Assembly (NCBI GenBank): GCA_964016885.1
Contig: OZ024742.1
Location: 248,001 to 312,000, forward strand
Length of the DNA: 64,000 nucleotides
Origin: Eledone cirrhosa
Lineage: Eukaryota
Direction of reading: 5' to 3'
Below, one piece after another: positions 11,671-26,600 of the stretch. Within the stretch, counting starts at the first letter, position 1. Each line of letters starts with the position of its first letter. A model generated the notes under the pieces. It ran no database searches, was not told the DNA's origin, and saw only the letters and a program-made list of their open reading frames with translations. Both the position numbers and the translations under genes were made by a program.

Positions 11671-14600
11671 CAGTTAACAGTTTTCTACTATAAAACTAGG
11701 GATAGTTAAACCGTGTTCTACCATAGAACTAGGGATAGTTAAACCGTGTTCTACCATAGAACTAGGGATAGTTAAACCGTGTTCTACCATAGAACTAGGG
11801 ATAGTTAAACCGTGTTCTACCATAGAACTAGGGATAGCTAAACCGTGTTCTACCATAGAACTAGGGATAGCTAAACCGTGTTCTACCATAGAACTAGGGA
11901 TAGCTAAACCGTGTTCTACCATAGAACTAGGGATAGCTAAACCGTGTTCTACCATAGAACTAGGCATAGTTAAACCGTAGGGATAGTTAAACAGTTTTCT
12001 ACCCTAGAATCAGGGATAGTTAAACCATGTTCTACCATAGAACTAGGGATAGCTAAACAGTTTTCTACCATAGAACTAGGGATAGTTAAACGTGTTCTAC
12101 CATAGAACTAGGGATAGTTAAACAGTTTTCTACCTTAGAACTTGCATAGTTCGTGTTCTACCATAGAACTAGGCATAGTTAAACCGTGTTCTACCATAGA
12201 ACTAGGGATATTTAAACAGTTTTCTACCATAGAACTAGGGATAGTTAAACAGTTTTCTACCATAGAACTAGGGATAGTTAAACCGTGTTCTACCATAGAA
12301 CTAGGAATAACTAAACCGTGTTCTACCATAGAACTAGGGATAGCAAACCGTGTTCTACCATAGAACTATAGATAGTTAAACCGTGTTCTACCATATAACT
12401 AAGCATATTTAAACCGTGTTCTACCATAGAACTAGGGATAGTTAAACCGTGTTCTACCATAGAACTAGGAATAACTAAACCGTGTTCTACCATAGAACTA
12501 GGGATAGCAAACCGTGTTCTACCATAGAACTATAGATAGTTAAACCGTGTTCTACCATAGAACTAAGCATATTTAAACCGTGTTCTACCATAGAACTAGG
12601 GATAGTTAAACCGTGTTCTACCATAGTACTAGGGATAGTTAAACTGTTTTTACCATAGAACTGGGCATAGTTAAACTGTTTTATACCATAGAACTAAGCA
12701 TAGTTAAACCGTGTTCTACCATAGACCTAGGGATAGTTCAACCGTTGTCTACCATAGAAATAGGCATAGTTAAACCGTGTTCTACCATAGAACTAGGCAT
12801 AGTTAAACAGTTTTTTACCATAGAACTAGGCATAGTTAAACAGTTTTTTACAATAGAAATAGGCATAGTTAAACCGTGTTCTACAATAGAACTAGAAATA
12901 GTTAAATCGTGTTCTACCATACAACTAGGCATAGTTAAACAGTTTTTTTACAATAGAACTAGGGATAGTTAAATAGTTTTCTACCATAGAATTAGGCATT
13001 GTTAAACAGTTTTCTACCATAGAACTAGGAATAGTTAAACAGTTTTCTAACTTAGAACTAGGGATAGTTAAACTGTTTTTTACCGTAGAACCATGGATAG
13101 TTAAATAGTTTTCTACCATAGAACTAGGCATTGTTAAACAGTTTTCTACCATAAAACTAGGGATGGCTAAATCGTGTTCTACCATAGAACTAAGGATAGT
13201 TAAACCGTGTTCTACCTTAGAACTAGGGATAGGTAAACCGTGTTCTACCATAGAGCTAGCGATAATTAAACAGTTTTCTACCATAGAACTAGGTATAGTT
13301 AAACAGTTTTTACCATAGAACTAGGCATTGTTAAACTGTTTTCTACCATAAAACTAGGCATAGTTTAGGGATAGTTAAACAGTTTTTTACCATAGAACTA
13401 GGGATAGTTAAACCGTGTTCTACCATAGAACTAGGGATAGTTAAACCGTGTTCTACCATAGAAATGGGCATAGTTAAACTGTGTTCTACCATAGAACTAG
13501 GTATAGTTAAACAGTTTTCTACCATAGAACTAGGCATAGTTAAACAGTTTTCTACCATAGAACTAGGCATAGTTAAACCGTGTTCTACCATAGAACTAGG
13601 GATATTTAAACAGTTTTCTACCATAGAACTAGGGATAGTTAAACAGTTTTCTACCATAGAACTAGGGATAGTTAAACCGTGTTCTACCATAGAACTAGGA
13701 ATAACTAAACCGTGTTCTACCATAGAACTAGGGATAGCAAACCGTGTTCTACCATAGAACTATAGATAGTTAAACCGTGTTCTACCATATAACTAAGCAT
13801 ATTTAAACCGTGTTCTACCATAGAACTAGGGATAGTTAAACCGTGTTCTACCATAGAACTAGGAATAACTAAACCGTGTTCTACCATAGAACTAGGGATA
13901 GCAAACCGTGTTCTACCATAGAACTATAGATAGTTAAACCGTGTTCTACCATAGAACTAAGCATATTTAAACCGTGTTCTACCATAGAACTAGGGATAGT
14001 TAAACCGTGTTCTACCATAGTACTAGGGATAGTTAAACTGTTTTTACCATAGAACTGGGCATAGTTAAACTGTTTTATACCATAGAACTAAGCATAGTTA
14101 AACCGTGTTCTACCATAGACCTAGGGATAGTTCAACCGTTGTCTACCATAGAAATAGGCATAGTTAAACCGTGTTCTACCATAGAACTAGGCATAGTTAA
14201 ACAGTTTTTTACCATAGAACTAGGCATAGTTAAACAGTTTTTTACAATAGAAATAGGCATAGTTAAACCGTGTTCTACAATAGAACTAGAAATAGTTAAA
14301 TCGTGTTCTACCATACAACTAGGCATAGTTAAACAGTTTTTTTACAATAGAACTAGGGATAGTTAAATAGTTTTCTACCATAGAATTAGGCATTGTTAAA
14401 CAGTTTTCTACCATAGAACTAGGAATAGTTAAACAGTTTTCTAACTTAGAACTAGGGATAGTTAAACTGTTTTTTACCGTAGAACCATGGATAGTTAAAT
14501 AGTTTTCTACCATAGAACTAGGCATTGTTAAACAGTTTTCTACCATAAAACTAGGGATGGCTAAATCGTGTTCTACCATAGAACTAAGGATAGTTAAACC

Positions 14601-17600
14601 GTGTTCTACCTTAGAACTAGGGATAGGTAAACCGTGTTCTACCATAGAGCTAGCGATAATTAAACAGTTTTCTACCATAGAACTAGGTATAGTTAAACAG
14701 TTTTTACCATAGAACTAGGCATTGTTAAACTGTTTTCTACCATAAAACTAGGCATAGTTTAGGGATAGTTAAACAGTTTTTTACCATAGAACTAGGGATA
14801 GTTAAACCGTGTTCTACCATAGAACTAGGGATAGTTAAACCGTGTTCTACCATAGAAATGGGCATAGTTAAACTGTGTTCTACCATAGAACTAGGTATAG
14901 TTAAACAGTTTTCTACCATAGAACTAGGCATAGTTAAACAGTTTTCTAACTTAGAACTAGGGATAGTTAAACCGTGTTCTACCATAGAAATGAGCATAGT
15001 TAAACCGTTTTCTACCATAGAACTAGGTATAGTTAAACAGTTTTCTACCATACAACTAGGCATAGTTAAACAGTTTTCTACCATAGAACTAGGGATAGTT
15101 AAACCATGTTCTACCATAGAACTAGGGATAGTTAAACCGTGTTCTACCATAGAACTAGGGATAGTTAAACAGTTTTCTACCATAGAACTAGGCATAGTTA
15201 AACCGTGTTCTATCATAGAACTAGGCATAGTTAAACAGTTTTCTTTCATAGAACTAGGGATAATTAAACAGTTTTCTACCATAGAACTAGGGATAGTTAG
15301 AGTTTTCTACCATAGAACTAGGCATAGTTAAACTGTTTTCTACCATAGAACTAGGGATAGTTACACCGTGTTCTACCATAGAACTAGGGATAGTTACACC
15401 GTGTTCTACCATAGAACTAGAGATAGCTAAACAGTGTTCTACCATAGAACTAGGGATAGTTAAACCGTGTTATACCATAGAACTAGGCATAGTTAAACAG
15501 TTTTTTACCATAGAACTAGGCATAGTTAAACAGTTTTTTTACGATAGAACTCGGCATAGTTAAATCGTGTTCTACCATAGAACTAGGGGTAGTTAAACAG
15601 TTTTTACCATAGAACTAGGGATAATTAAACTGCTTTCTACCATAGAACTAGGGATAGCTAAACTGTGTTCTACCATAGAACTAGGGATAGTTAATCTGTT
15701 TTTACCATAGAACTGGGCATAGTTAAACTGTTTTCTACCATAGAACTAGGGATAGTTAAACAGTTTTCTACGATAGAACTAGGAATAGTTAAACCGTGTT
15801 CTACCATAGAACTAAGCATATTTAAACCGTGTTCTACCATAGAACTAGGGATAGTTAAAAATTGTTCTACCATAGTACTAGGGATAGTTAAACTGTTTTT
15901 ACCATAGAACTGGGCATAGTTAAACTGTTTTTACCATAGAACTAAGCATAGTTAAACCGTGTTCTACCATAGAACTAGAGAGAGTTAAACCGTGTTCGAC
16001 CATAGAACTAGGGATAGTTCAACCGTTGTCTACCATAGAAATAGGCATAGTTAAACCGTGTTCCACCATAGAACTAGGCATAGTTAAACAGTTTTTTACC
16101 ATAGAACTAGGCATAGTTAAACAGTTTTTTATAATAGAAATAGGCATAGTTAAACCGTGTTCTACAATAGAACAAGAAATAGTTAAATCGTGTTCTACCA
16201 TATAACTAGGCATAGTTAAACAGTTTTTTTTACAATAGAACTAGGATAGTTAAATAGTTTTCTACCATAGAATTAGGCATTGTTAAACAGTTTTCTACCA
16301 TAAAACTAGGAATAGTTAAACCGTGTTCTACCATAGAACTAGGGATAGTTAAACCGTGTTCTACCTTAGAACTAGGGATAGGTAAACCGTGTTCTACCAT
16401 AGAACTAGGCATAGTTAAACAGTTTTCTGTCATAGAACTAGGCATAGTTAAACTGTTTTCTACCATAGAACTAGGGATAGTTAAACAGTGTTCTACCATA
16501 GAACTAGGGATAGTTACACCGTGTTCTACCATAGAACTAGAGATAGCTAAACCGTGTTCTACCATAGAACTAGATAGTTAAACCGTGTTCTACCATAGAA
16601 ATAGGGATAGTTAAACCGTGTTATACCATAGAACTAGGCATAGGTAAACAGTTTTCTACCATAGAACTAGGCACAGTTAAACAGTGTTTTACCATAGAAC
16701 TAGGCATAGTTAAACAGTTTTTTTTTACAATAGAACTAGGCATAGTTAAACCGTGTTCTACCATAGAACTAGGGGTAGTTAAACTGTTTTTACCATAGAA
16801 CTAGGGATAATTAAACTGTTTTATACCATAGAACTAGGGATAGTTAAACCGTGTTCTACCATAGAACTAGGGATAGTTAAACCGTGTTCTCCCATAGAAC
16901 TAGGGATAGTTAAACTGTTTTATACCATAGAACTAGGCATAGTTAAACAGTTTTGTGTACTAGAATCAGGGATAGTTAAACAGTTTTCTTACATACAACT
17001 AGGGATAGCTAAACCGTGTTCTACCATAGAACTAGGGATAGTTAAACCGTGTTCTACCATAGAACTAGGGAGAGTTAAACTGTTCTACCATAGAACTAGG
17101 GATAGTTAAACAGTTTTCTACGATAGAACTAGGGAGAATTAAACAGTTTTTTACCATAGAACTAGGCATAGTTAAACCGTGTTCTACCATAGAACTAGGC
17201 ATAGTTAAACATTGTTCTACCATAGAACTAGGGATAGTTCAACCGTTGTCTACCATAGAAATAGGCATAGTTAAACCGTGTTCTACCATAGAACTAGGCA
17301 TAGTTAAACAGTTTTTTACCATAGAACTAGGCATAGTTAAACAGTTTTTTACAATAGAAATAGGCATAGTTAAACCGTGTTCTACAATAGAACTAGAAAT
17401 AGTTAAATCGTGTTCTACCATACAACTAGGCATAGTTAAACAGTTTTTTTACAATAGAACTAGGGATAGTTAAATAGTTTTCTACCATAGAATTAGGCAT
17501 TGTTAAACAGTTTTCTACCATAGAACTAGGAATAGTTAAACAGTTTTCTAACTTAGAACTAGGGATAGTTAAACTGTTTTTTACCGTAGAACCATGGATA

Positions 17601-20600
17601 GTTAAATAGTTTTCTACCATAGAACTAGGCATTGTTAAACAGTTTTCTACCATAAAACTAGAGATGGCTAAATCGTGTTCTACCATAGAACTAAGGATAG
17701 TTAAACCGTGTTCTACCTTAGAACTAGGGATAGGTAAACCGTGTTCTACCATAGAGCTAGCGATAATTAAACAGTTTTCTACCATAGAACTAGGTATAGT
17801 TAAACAGTTTTTACCATAGAACTAGGCATTGTTAAACTGTTTTCTACCATAAAACTAGGCATAGTTTAGGGATAGTTAAACAGTTTTTTACCATAGAACT
17901 AGGGATAGTTAAACCGTGTTCTACCATAGAACTAGGGATAGTTAAACCGTGTTCTACCATAGAAATGGGCATAGTTAAACTGTGTTCTACCATAGAACTA
18001 GGTATAGTTAAACAGTTTTCTACCATAGAACTAGGCATAGTTAAACAGTTTTCTAACTTAGAACTAGGGATAGTTAAACAGTTTTCTACCATAGAACTAG
18101 GGATGGCTAAATTGTGTTCTACCATAGAACTAGGGATAGTTAAACCGTGTTCTACCTTAGAACTAGGGATAGTTAAACCGTGTTCTACCACAGAACTAGG
18201 GATAGTTAAACAGTTTTTTTACCATAGAACTAGGCATTGTTAAACTGTTTTCTACCATAAAACTAGGCATAGTATAGGGATAGTTAAACAGTTTTTTACC
18301 ATAGAACTAGGGATAGTTAAACCGTGTTGTACCATAGAACTAGGGATAGTTAAACCGTGTTCTACCATAGAAATGAGCATAGTTAAACCGTTTTCTACCA
18401 TAGAACTAGGTATAGTTAAACAGTTTTCTACCATACAACTAGGCATAGTTAAACAGTTTTCTACCATAGAACTAGGGATAGTTAAACCATGTTCTACCAT
18501 AGAACTAGGGATAGTTAAACCGTGTTCTACCATAGAACTAGGGATAGTTAAACAGTTTTCTACCATAGAACTAGGCATAGTTAAACCGTGTTCTATCATA
18601 GAACTAGGCATAGTTAAACAGTTTTCTGTCATAGAACTAGGGATAATTAAACAGTTTTCTACCATAGAACTAGGGATAGTTAGAGTTTTCTACCATAGAA
18701 CTAGGCATAGTTAAACTGTTTTCTACCATAGAACTAGGGATAGTTACACCGTGTTCTACCATAGAACTAGGGATAGTTACACCGTGTTCTACCATAGAAC
18801 TAGAGATAGCTAAACAGTGTTCTACCATAGAACTAGGGATAGTTAAACCGTGTTATACCATAGAACTAGGCATAGTTAAACAGTTTTTTACCATAGAACT
18901 AGGCATAGTTAAACAGTTTTTTTACGATAGAACTCGGCATAGTTAAATCGTGTTCTACCATAGAACTAGGGGTAGTTAAACAGTTTTTACCATAGAACTA
19001 GGGATAATTAAACTGCTTTCTACCATAGAACTAGGGATAGCTAAACTGTGTTCTACCATAGAACTAGGGATAGTTAATCTGTTTTTACCATAGAACTGGG
19101 CATAGTTAAACTGTTTTCTACCATAGAACTAGGGATAGTTAAACAGTTTTCTACGATAGAACTAGGGATAGTTAAACCGTGTTCTACCATAGAACTAAGC
19201 ATATTTAAACCGTGTTCTACCATAGAACTAGGGATAGTTAAAAATTGTTCTACCATAGTACTAGGGATAGTTAAACTGTTTTTACCATAGAACTGGGCAT
19301 AGTTAAACTGTTTTACCATAGAACTAAGCATAGTTAAACCGTGTTCTACCATAGAACTAGAGAGAGTTAAACCGTGTTCGACCATAGAACTAGGGATAGT
19401 TCAACCGTTGTCTACCATAGAAATAGGCATAGTTAAACCGTGTTCCACCATAGAACTAGGCATAGTTAAACAGTTTTTTACCATAGAACTAGGCATAGTT
19501 AAACAGTTTTTTATAATAGAAATAGGCATAGTTAAACCGTGTTCTACAATAGAACAAGAAATAGTTAAATCGTGTTCTACCATATAACTAGGCATAGTTA
19601 AACAGTTTTTTTTACAATAGAACTAGGATAGTTAAATAGTTTTCTACCATAGAATTAGGCATTGTTAAACAGTTTTCTACCATAAAACTAGGAATAGTTA
19701 AACCGTGTTCTACCATAGAACTAGGGATAGTTAAACCGTGTTCTACCTTAGAACTAGGGATAGGTAAACCGTGTTCTACCATAGAACTAGGCATAGTTAA
19801 ACAGTTTTCTGTCATAGAACTAGGCATAGTTAAACTGTTTTCTACCATAGAACTAGGGATAGTTAAACAGTGTTCTACCATAGAACTAGGGATAGTTACA
19901 CCGTGTTCTACCATAGAACTAGAGATAGCTAAACCGTGTTCTACCATAGAACTAGATAGTTAAACCGTGTTCTACCATAGAAATAGGGATAGTTAAACCG
20001 TGTTATACCATAGAACTAGGCATAGGTAAACAGTTTTCTACCATAGAACTAGGCACAGTTAAACAGTTTTTTACCATAGAACTAGGCATAGTTAAACAGT
20101 TTTTTTTTACAATAGAACTAGGCATAGTTAAACCGTGTTCTACCATAGAACTAGGGGTAGTTAAACTGTTTTTACCATAGAACTAGGGATAATTAAACTG
20201 TTTTATACCATAGAACTAGGGATAGTTAAACCGTGTTCTACCATAGAACTAGGGATAGTTAAACCGTGTTCTCCCATAGAACTAGGGATAGTTAAACTGT
20301 TTTATACCATAGAACTAGGCATAGTTAAACAGTTTTGTGTACTAGAATCAGGGATAGTTAAACAGTTTTCTTACATACAACTAGGGATAGCTAAACCGTG
20401 TTCTACCATAGAACTAGGGATAGTTAAACCGTGTTCTACCATAGAACTAGGGAGAGTTAAACTGTTCTACCATAGAACTAGGGATAGTTAAACAGTTTTC
20501 TACGATAGAACTAGGGAGAATTAAACAGTTTTTTACCATAGAACTAGGCATAGTTAAACCGTGTTCTACCATAGAACTAGGCATAGTTAAACATTGTTCT

Positions 20601-23600
20601 ACCATAGAACTAGGGATAGTTAAACCGTGTTCTACCATAGAACTAGGGAGAGTTAAACTGTTCTACCATAGAACTAGGCATAGTTAAACCGTGTTCTATC
20701 ATAGAACTAGGCATAGTTAAACAGTTTTCTGTCATAGAACTAAGGATAATTAAACAGTTTTCTACCATAGAACTAGGGATAGTTAGAGTTTTCTACTATA
20801 GAACTAGGCATAGTTAAACTGTTTTCTACCATAGAACTGGGGATAGTTACACCGTGTTCTACCATAGAACTAGGGATAGTTAAACCGTGTTATACCATAC
20901 AACTAGGGATAGTTAAACAGTTTTCTACCATAGAACTAGGGATAGTTAAACCATGTTCTACCATAGAACTAGGGATAGTTAAACCGTGTTCTACCATAGA
21001 ACTAGGGATAGTTAAACAGTTTTCTACCATAGAACTAGGCATAGTTAAACCGTGTTCTATCATAGAACTAGGCATAGTTAAACAGTTTTCTGTCATAGAA
21101 CTAGGGATAATTAAACAGTTTTCTACCATAGAACTAGGGATAGTTAGAGTTTTCTACCATAGAACTAGGCATAGTTAAACTGTTTTCTACCATAGAACTA
21201 GGGATAGTTACACCGTGTTCTACCATAGAACTAGGGATAGTTACACCGTGTTCTACCATAGAACTAGAGATAGCTAAACAGTGTTCTACCATAGAACTAG
21301 GGATAGTTAAACCGTGTTATACCATAGAACTAGGCATAGTTAAACAGTTTTTTACCATAGAACTAGGCATAGTTAAACAGTTTTTTTACGATAGAACTAG
21401 GCATAGTTAAATCGTGTTCTACCATAGAACTAGGGGTAGTTAAACAGTTTTTACCATAGAACTAGGGATAATTAAACTGCTTTCTACCATAGAACTAGGG
21501 ATAGCTAAACTGTGTTCTACCATAGAACTAGGGATAGTTAATCTGTTTTTACCATAGAACTGGGCATAGTTAAACTGTTTTCTACCATAGAACTAGGGAT
21601 AGTTAAACAGTTTTCTACGATAGAACTAGGGATAGTTAAACCGTGTTCTACCATAGAACTAAGCATATTTAAACCGTGTTCTACCATAGAACTAGGGATA
21701 GTTAAAAATTGTTCTACCATAGTACTAGGGATAGTTAAACTGTTTTTACCATAGAACTGGGCATAGTTAAACTGTTTTTACCATAGAACTAAGCATAGTT
21801 AAACCGTGTTCTACCATAGAACTAGAGAGAGTTAAACCGTGTTCGACCATAGAACTAGGGATAGTTCAACCGTTGTCTACCATAGAAATAGGCATAGTTA
21901 AACCGTGTTCCACCATAGAACTAGGCATAGTTAAACAGTTTTTTACCATAGAACTAGGCATAGTTAAACAGTTTTTTATAATAGAAATAGGCATAGTTAA
22001 ACCGTGTTCTACAATAGAACAAGAAATAGTTAAATCGTGTTCTACCATATAACTAGGCATAGTTAAACAGTTTTTTTTACAATAGAACTAGGATAGTTAA
22101 ATAGTTTTCTACCATAGAATTAGGCATTGTTAAACAGTTTTCTACCATAAAACTAGGAATAGTTAAACCGTGTTCTACCATAGAACTAGGGATAGTTAAA
22201 CCGTGTTCTACCTTAGAACTAGGGATAGGTAAACCGTGTTCTACCATAGAACTAGGCATAGTTAAACAGTTTTCTGTCATAGAACTAGGCATAGTTAAAC
22301 TGTTTTCTACCATAGAACTAGGGATAGTTAAACAGTGTTCTACCATAGAACTAGGGATAGTTACACCGTGTTCTACCATAGAACTAGAGATAGCTAAACC
22401 GTGTTCTACCATAGAACTAGATAGTTAAACCGTGTTCTACCATAGAAATAGGGATAGTTAAACCGTGTTATACCATAGAACTAGGCATAGGTAAACAGTT
22501 TTCTACCATAGAACTAGGCACAGTTAAACAGTTTTTTACCATAGAACTAGGCATAGTTAAACAGTTTTTTTTTACAATAGAACTAGGCATAGTTAAACCG
22601 TGTTCTACCATAGAACTAGGGGTAGTTAAACTGTTTTTACCATAGAACTAGGGATAATTAAACTGTTTTATACCATAGAACTAGGGATAGTTAAACCGTG
22701 TTCTACCATAGAACTAGGGATAGTTAAACCGTGTTCTCCCATAGAACTAGGGATAGTTAAACTGTTTTATACCATAGAACTAGGCATAGTTAAACAGTTT
22801 TGTGTACTAGAATCAGGGATAGTTAAACAGTTTTCTTACATACAACTAGGGATAGCTAAACCGTGTTCTACCATAGAACTAGGGATAGTTAAACCGTGTT
22901 CTACCATAGAACTAGGGAGAGTTAAACTGTTCTACCATAGAACTAGGGATAGTTAAACAGTTTTCTACGATAGAACTAGGGAGAATTAAACAGTTTTTTA
23001 CCATAGAACTAGGCATAGTTAAACCGTGTTCTACCATAGAACTAGGCATAGTTAAACATTGTTCTACCATAGAACTAGGGATAGTTAAACCGTGTTCTAC
23101 CATAGAACTAGGGAGAGTTAAACTGTTCTACCATAGAACTAGGCATAGTTAAACCGTGTTCTATCATAGAACTAGGCATAGTTAAACAGTTTTTTTTACA
23201 ATAGAACTAGGATAGTTAAATAGTTTTCTACCATAGAATTAGGCATTGTTAAACAGTTTTCTACCATAAAACTAGGAATAGTTAAACCGTGTTCTACCAT
23301 AGAACTAGGGATAGTTAAACCGTGTTCTACCTTAGAACTAGGGATAGGTAAACCGTGTTCTACCATAGAACTAGGCATAGTTAAACAGTTTTCTGTCATA
23401 GAACTAGGCATAGTTAAACTGTTTTCTACCATAGAACTAGGGATAGTTAAACAGTGTTCTACCATAGAACTAGGGATAGTTACACCGTGTTCTACCATAG
23501 AACTAGAGATAGCTAAACCGTGTTCTACCATAGAACTAGATAGTTAAACCGTGTCCTACCATAGAAATAGGGACAGTTAAACCGTGTTATACCATAGAAC

Positions 23601-26600
23601 TAGGCATAGGTAAACAGTTTTCTACCATAGAACTAGGCATAGTTAAACAGTTTTTTACCATAGACCTAGGCATAGTTAAACAGTTTTTTTTACAATAGAA
23701 CTAGGCATAGTTAAACCGTGTTCTACCATAGAACTAGGGGTAGTTAAACTGTTTTTACCATAGAACTAGGGATAATTAAACTGTTTTATACCATAGAACT
23801 AGGGATAGTTAAACCGTGTTCTACCATAGAACTAGGGATAGTTAAACCGTGTTCTACCATAGAACTAGGGATAGTTACACCGTGTTCTACCATAGAACTA
23901 GAGATAGTTACACCGTGTTCTACCATAGAACTAGGGATAGTTACACCGTGTTCTACCATAGAACTAGGGATAGTTAAACCGTGTTCTACCATAGAACTAG
24001 GGATAGTTAAACCGTATTCTACTATAGAACTAGGGATAGTTAAACCGTATTCTACTATAGAACTAGGGATAGTTAAACCCTGTTCTACCATAGAACCAGG
24101 GATAGTTAAACCGTGTTCTACCATAGAACTAGGGATAGTTAAACCGTATTCTACCATAGAACTAGGGATAATTAAACCATGTTCTACCATAGAACTAGGC
24201 ATAGTTAAACCGTGTTCTACTATGGAACTAGGGATAGTTAAACCGTGTTCTACCATAGAACTAGGATAGTTAAACAGTTTTCTACCATAGAACTAGGGAT
24301 AGTTAAACAGTTTTCTACCATAGAACTAGGCTTTGTTAAACTGTTTTCTACCATAAAACTAGGCATAGTTTAGGGATAGTTAAACTGTTTTCTACTATAA
24401 ACTAGGCATAGTTTAGGGATAGTTAAATTGTTTTCTACCATAAAACTAGGCATAATTTAGGGATACTTATACCCTGTTCTACCATAGAACTAGGGATAGT
24501 TAAACCGTGTTCTACCATAGAACTAGGGATAGCTAAACCGTGTTCTAACATAGAACTAGGGATAGTTAAACCGTGTTCTACCATAGAACTAGGGATAGTT
24601 AAACAGTTTTCTATACTAGAAATAGGCATAGCTAAACCCTGTTCTACCATAGAACTAGGGATAGTTAAACCGTGTTCTACCATAGAACTAGGGATAGTTA
24701 AACCGTGTTCTACCATAGAACTAGAGATAGTTAAACAGTTTTCTACCATAGAACTACGCATAGTTAAACTGTTTTCTACCATAGAACTAGGGATAGTTAA
24801 ACTGTTTTCTACGATAGAAATAGGTATAATTAAATTGTTTTACCATAGACCTAGGGATAATTAAACCGTGTTCTACCATAGTACTAGGGATAGTTAAACC
24901 GTGTTCTACCAAAGAACTAGAGATAGCTAAACTGTTTTATACCATAGAACAAGGGATAGTTAAACCGTTTTCTACACTAGAACTAGGCATAGTTAAACCG
25001 TGTTCTCCCATAGAACTAGGGATAGTTAAACTGTTTTATACCATAGAACTAGGCATAGTTAAACAGTTTTGTGTACTAGAATCAGGGATAGTAAAACAGT
25101 TTTCTTACATACAACTAGGGATAGCTAAACCGTGTTCTACCATAGAACTAGGGATAGTTAAACTGTGTTCTACCATAGAACTAGGGAGAGTTAAACTGTT
25201 CTACCATAGAACTAGGGATAGTTAAACAGTTTTCTACGATAGAACTTGGGAGAATTTAACAGTTTTTTACCATAGAACTAGGCATAGTTAAACCGTGTTC
25301 TACCATAGAACTAGGCATAGTTAAACATTGTTCTACCATAGAACTAGGGATAGTTAAACCGTGTTCTACCATAGAACTAGGGAGAGTTAAACTGTTCTAC
25401 CATAGAACTAGGCATAGTTAAACCGTGTTGTACCATAGAACTAGGCATAGTTAAACATTTTTCTACCATAGAACTAGGCATAGTTAAACAGTTTTCTACC
25501 ATAGAACTAGGCATAGTTAAACAGTTTTCTACCATAGAACTAGGGAGAGTTAAACAGTTTTTTACCATAGAAATAGGCATAGTTAAACAGTGTTCTACCA
25601 TAGAACTAAGGATAGTTAAACCGTTTTCTACCATAGAACTAAGGATAGTCAAACCGTTTTCTACCATAGAACTCGGCATAGCTAAACCGTGTTCTACCAT
25701 AGAACTAGGGATAGTTAAACTGTTTTCTACTATATAACTAGGGATAGCTAAACCGTTTTCTACCATAGGACTAGGCATAGCTAAACCGTTTTCTACCATA
25801 GAATTAGGGATAGTTAAACCGTGTTCTACCATAGAATTAGGGATAGTTAAACCGTGTTCTACCATAGAACTAGGGATAGTTAAACCGCGTTCTACCATAG
25901 AACTCTGGGATAGGTAAACCGTTCTACCAGAGAACTAGGGATAGGTAAACCGTTCTACCATAGATCAAGGCATAGTTAAACCGTGTTCTACCATAGAACT
26001 CGGCATACCTAAACCGTGTTCTACCATAGAACTCGGCATACCTAAACCGTGTTCTACCATAGAACTAGGCATAGTTAATCAGTTCTACCATAGAACTAGG
26101 GATAGTTAAACCGTGTTCTACCATAGAACTAGGGATAGTTAAACCGTGTTCTACCATAGAACTAGGGATAGTTAAACCGTGTTCTACCATAGAACTAGGG
26201 ATAGTTAAACCGTGTTCTACCATACAACTAGGCATAGTTAAACCGTGTTCTACCATAGAACTAGGCATAGTTAAACTGTTTTCTACCATAGAACTAGGGA
26301 TAGTTAAACTGTTTTCTACGATAGAAATAGGTATAGTTAATTTGTTTTTACCACAGACCTAGGGGTAGTTAAACAGTTTTCTACCATAGAACTAGGGATA
26401 GTTAAACCGTGTTCTACCATAGAACTAGGGATAGCTAAACCGTGTTCTACCATAGAACTAAGGATAGTTAAACCGTGTTCTACCATAGAACTAAGGATAG
26501 TTAAACCGTTTTCTACCATAGAACTAAGGATAGTTAAACCGTTTTCTACCATAGAACTAAGGATAGTTAAACCGTTTTCTACCATAGAACTAAGGATAGT

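Noticed and set aside
13361-13372. TTTAGGG telomere-like motif in satellite variants
   Set aside because: Isolated 10-bp partial monomers, not a tandem telomeric tract
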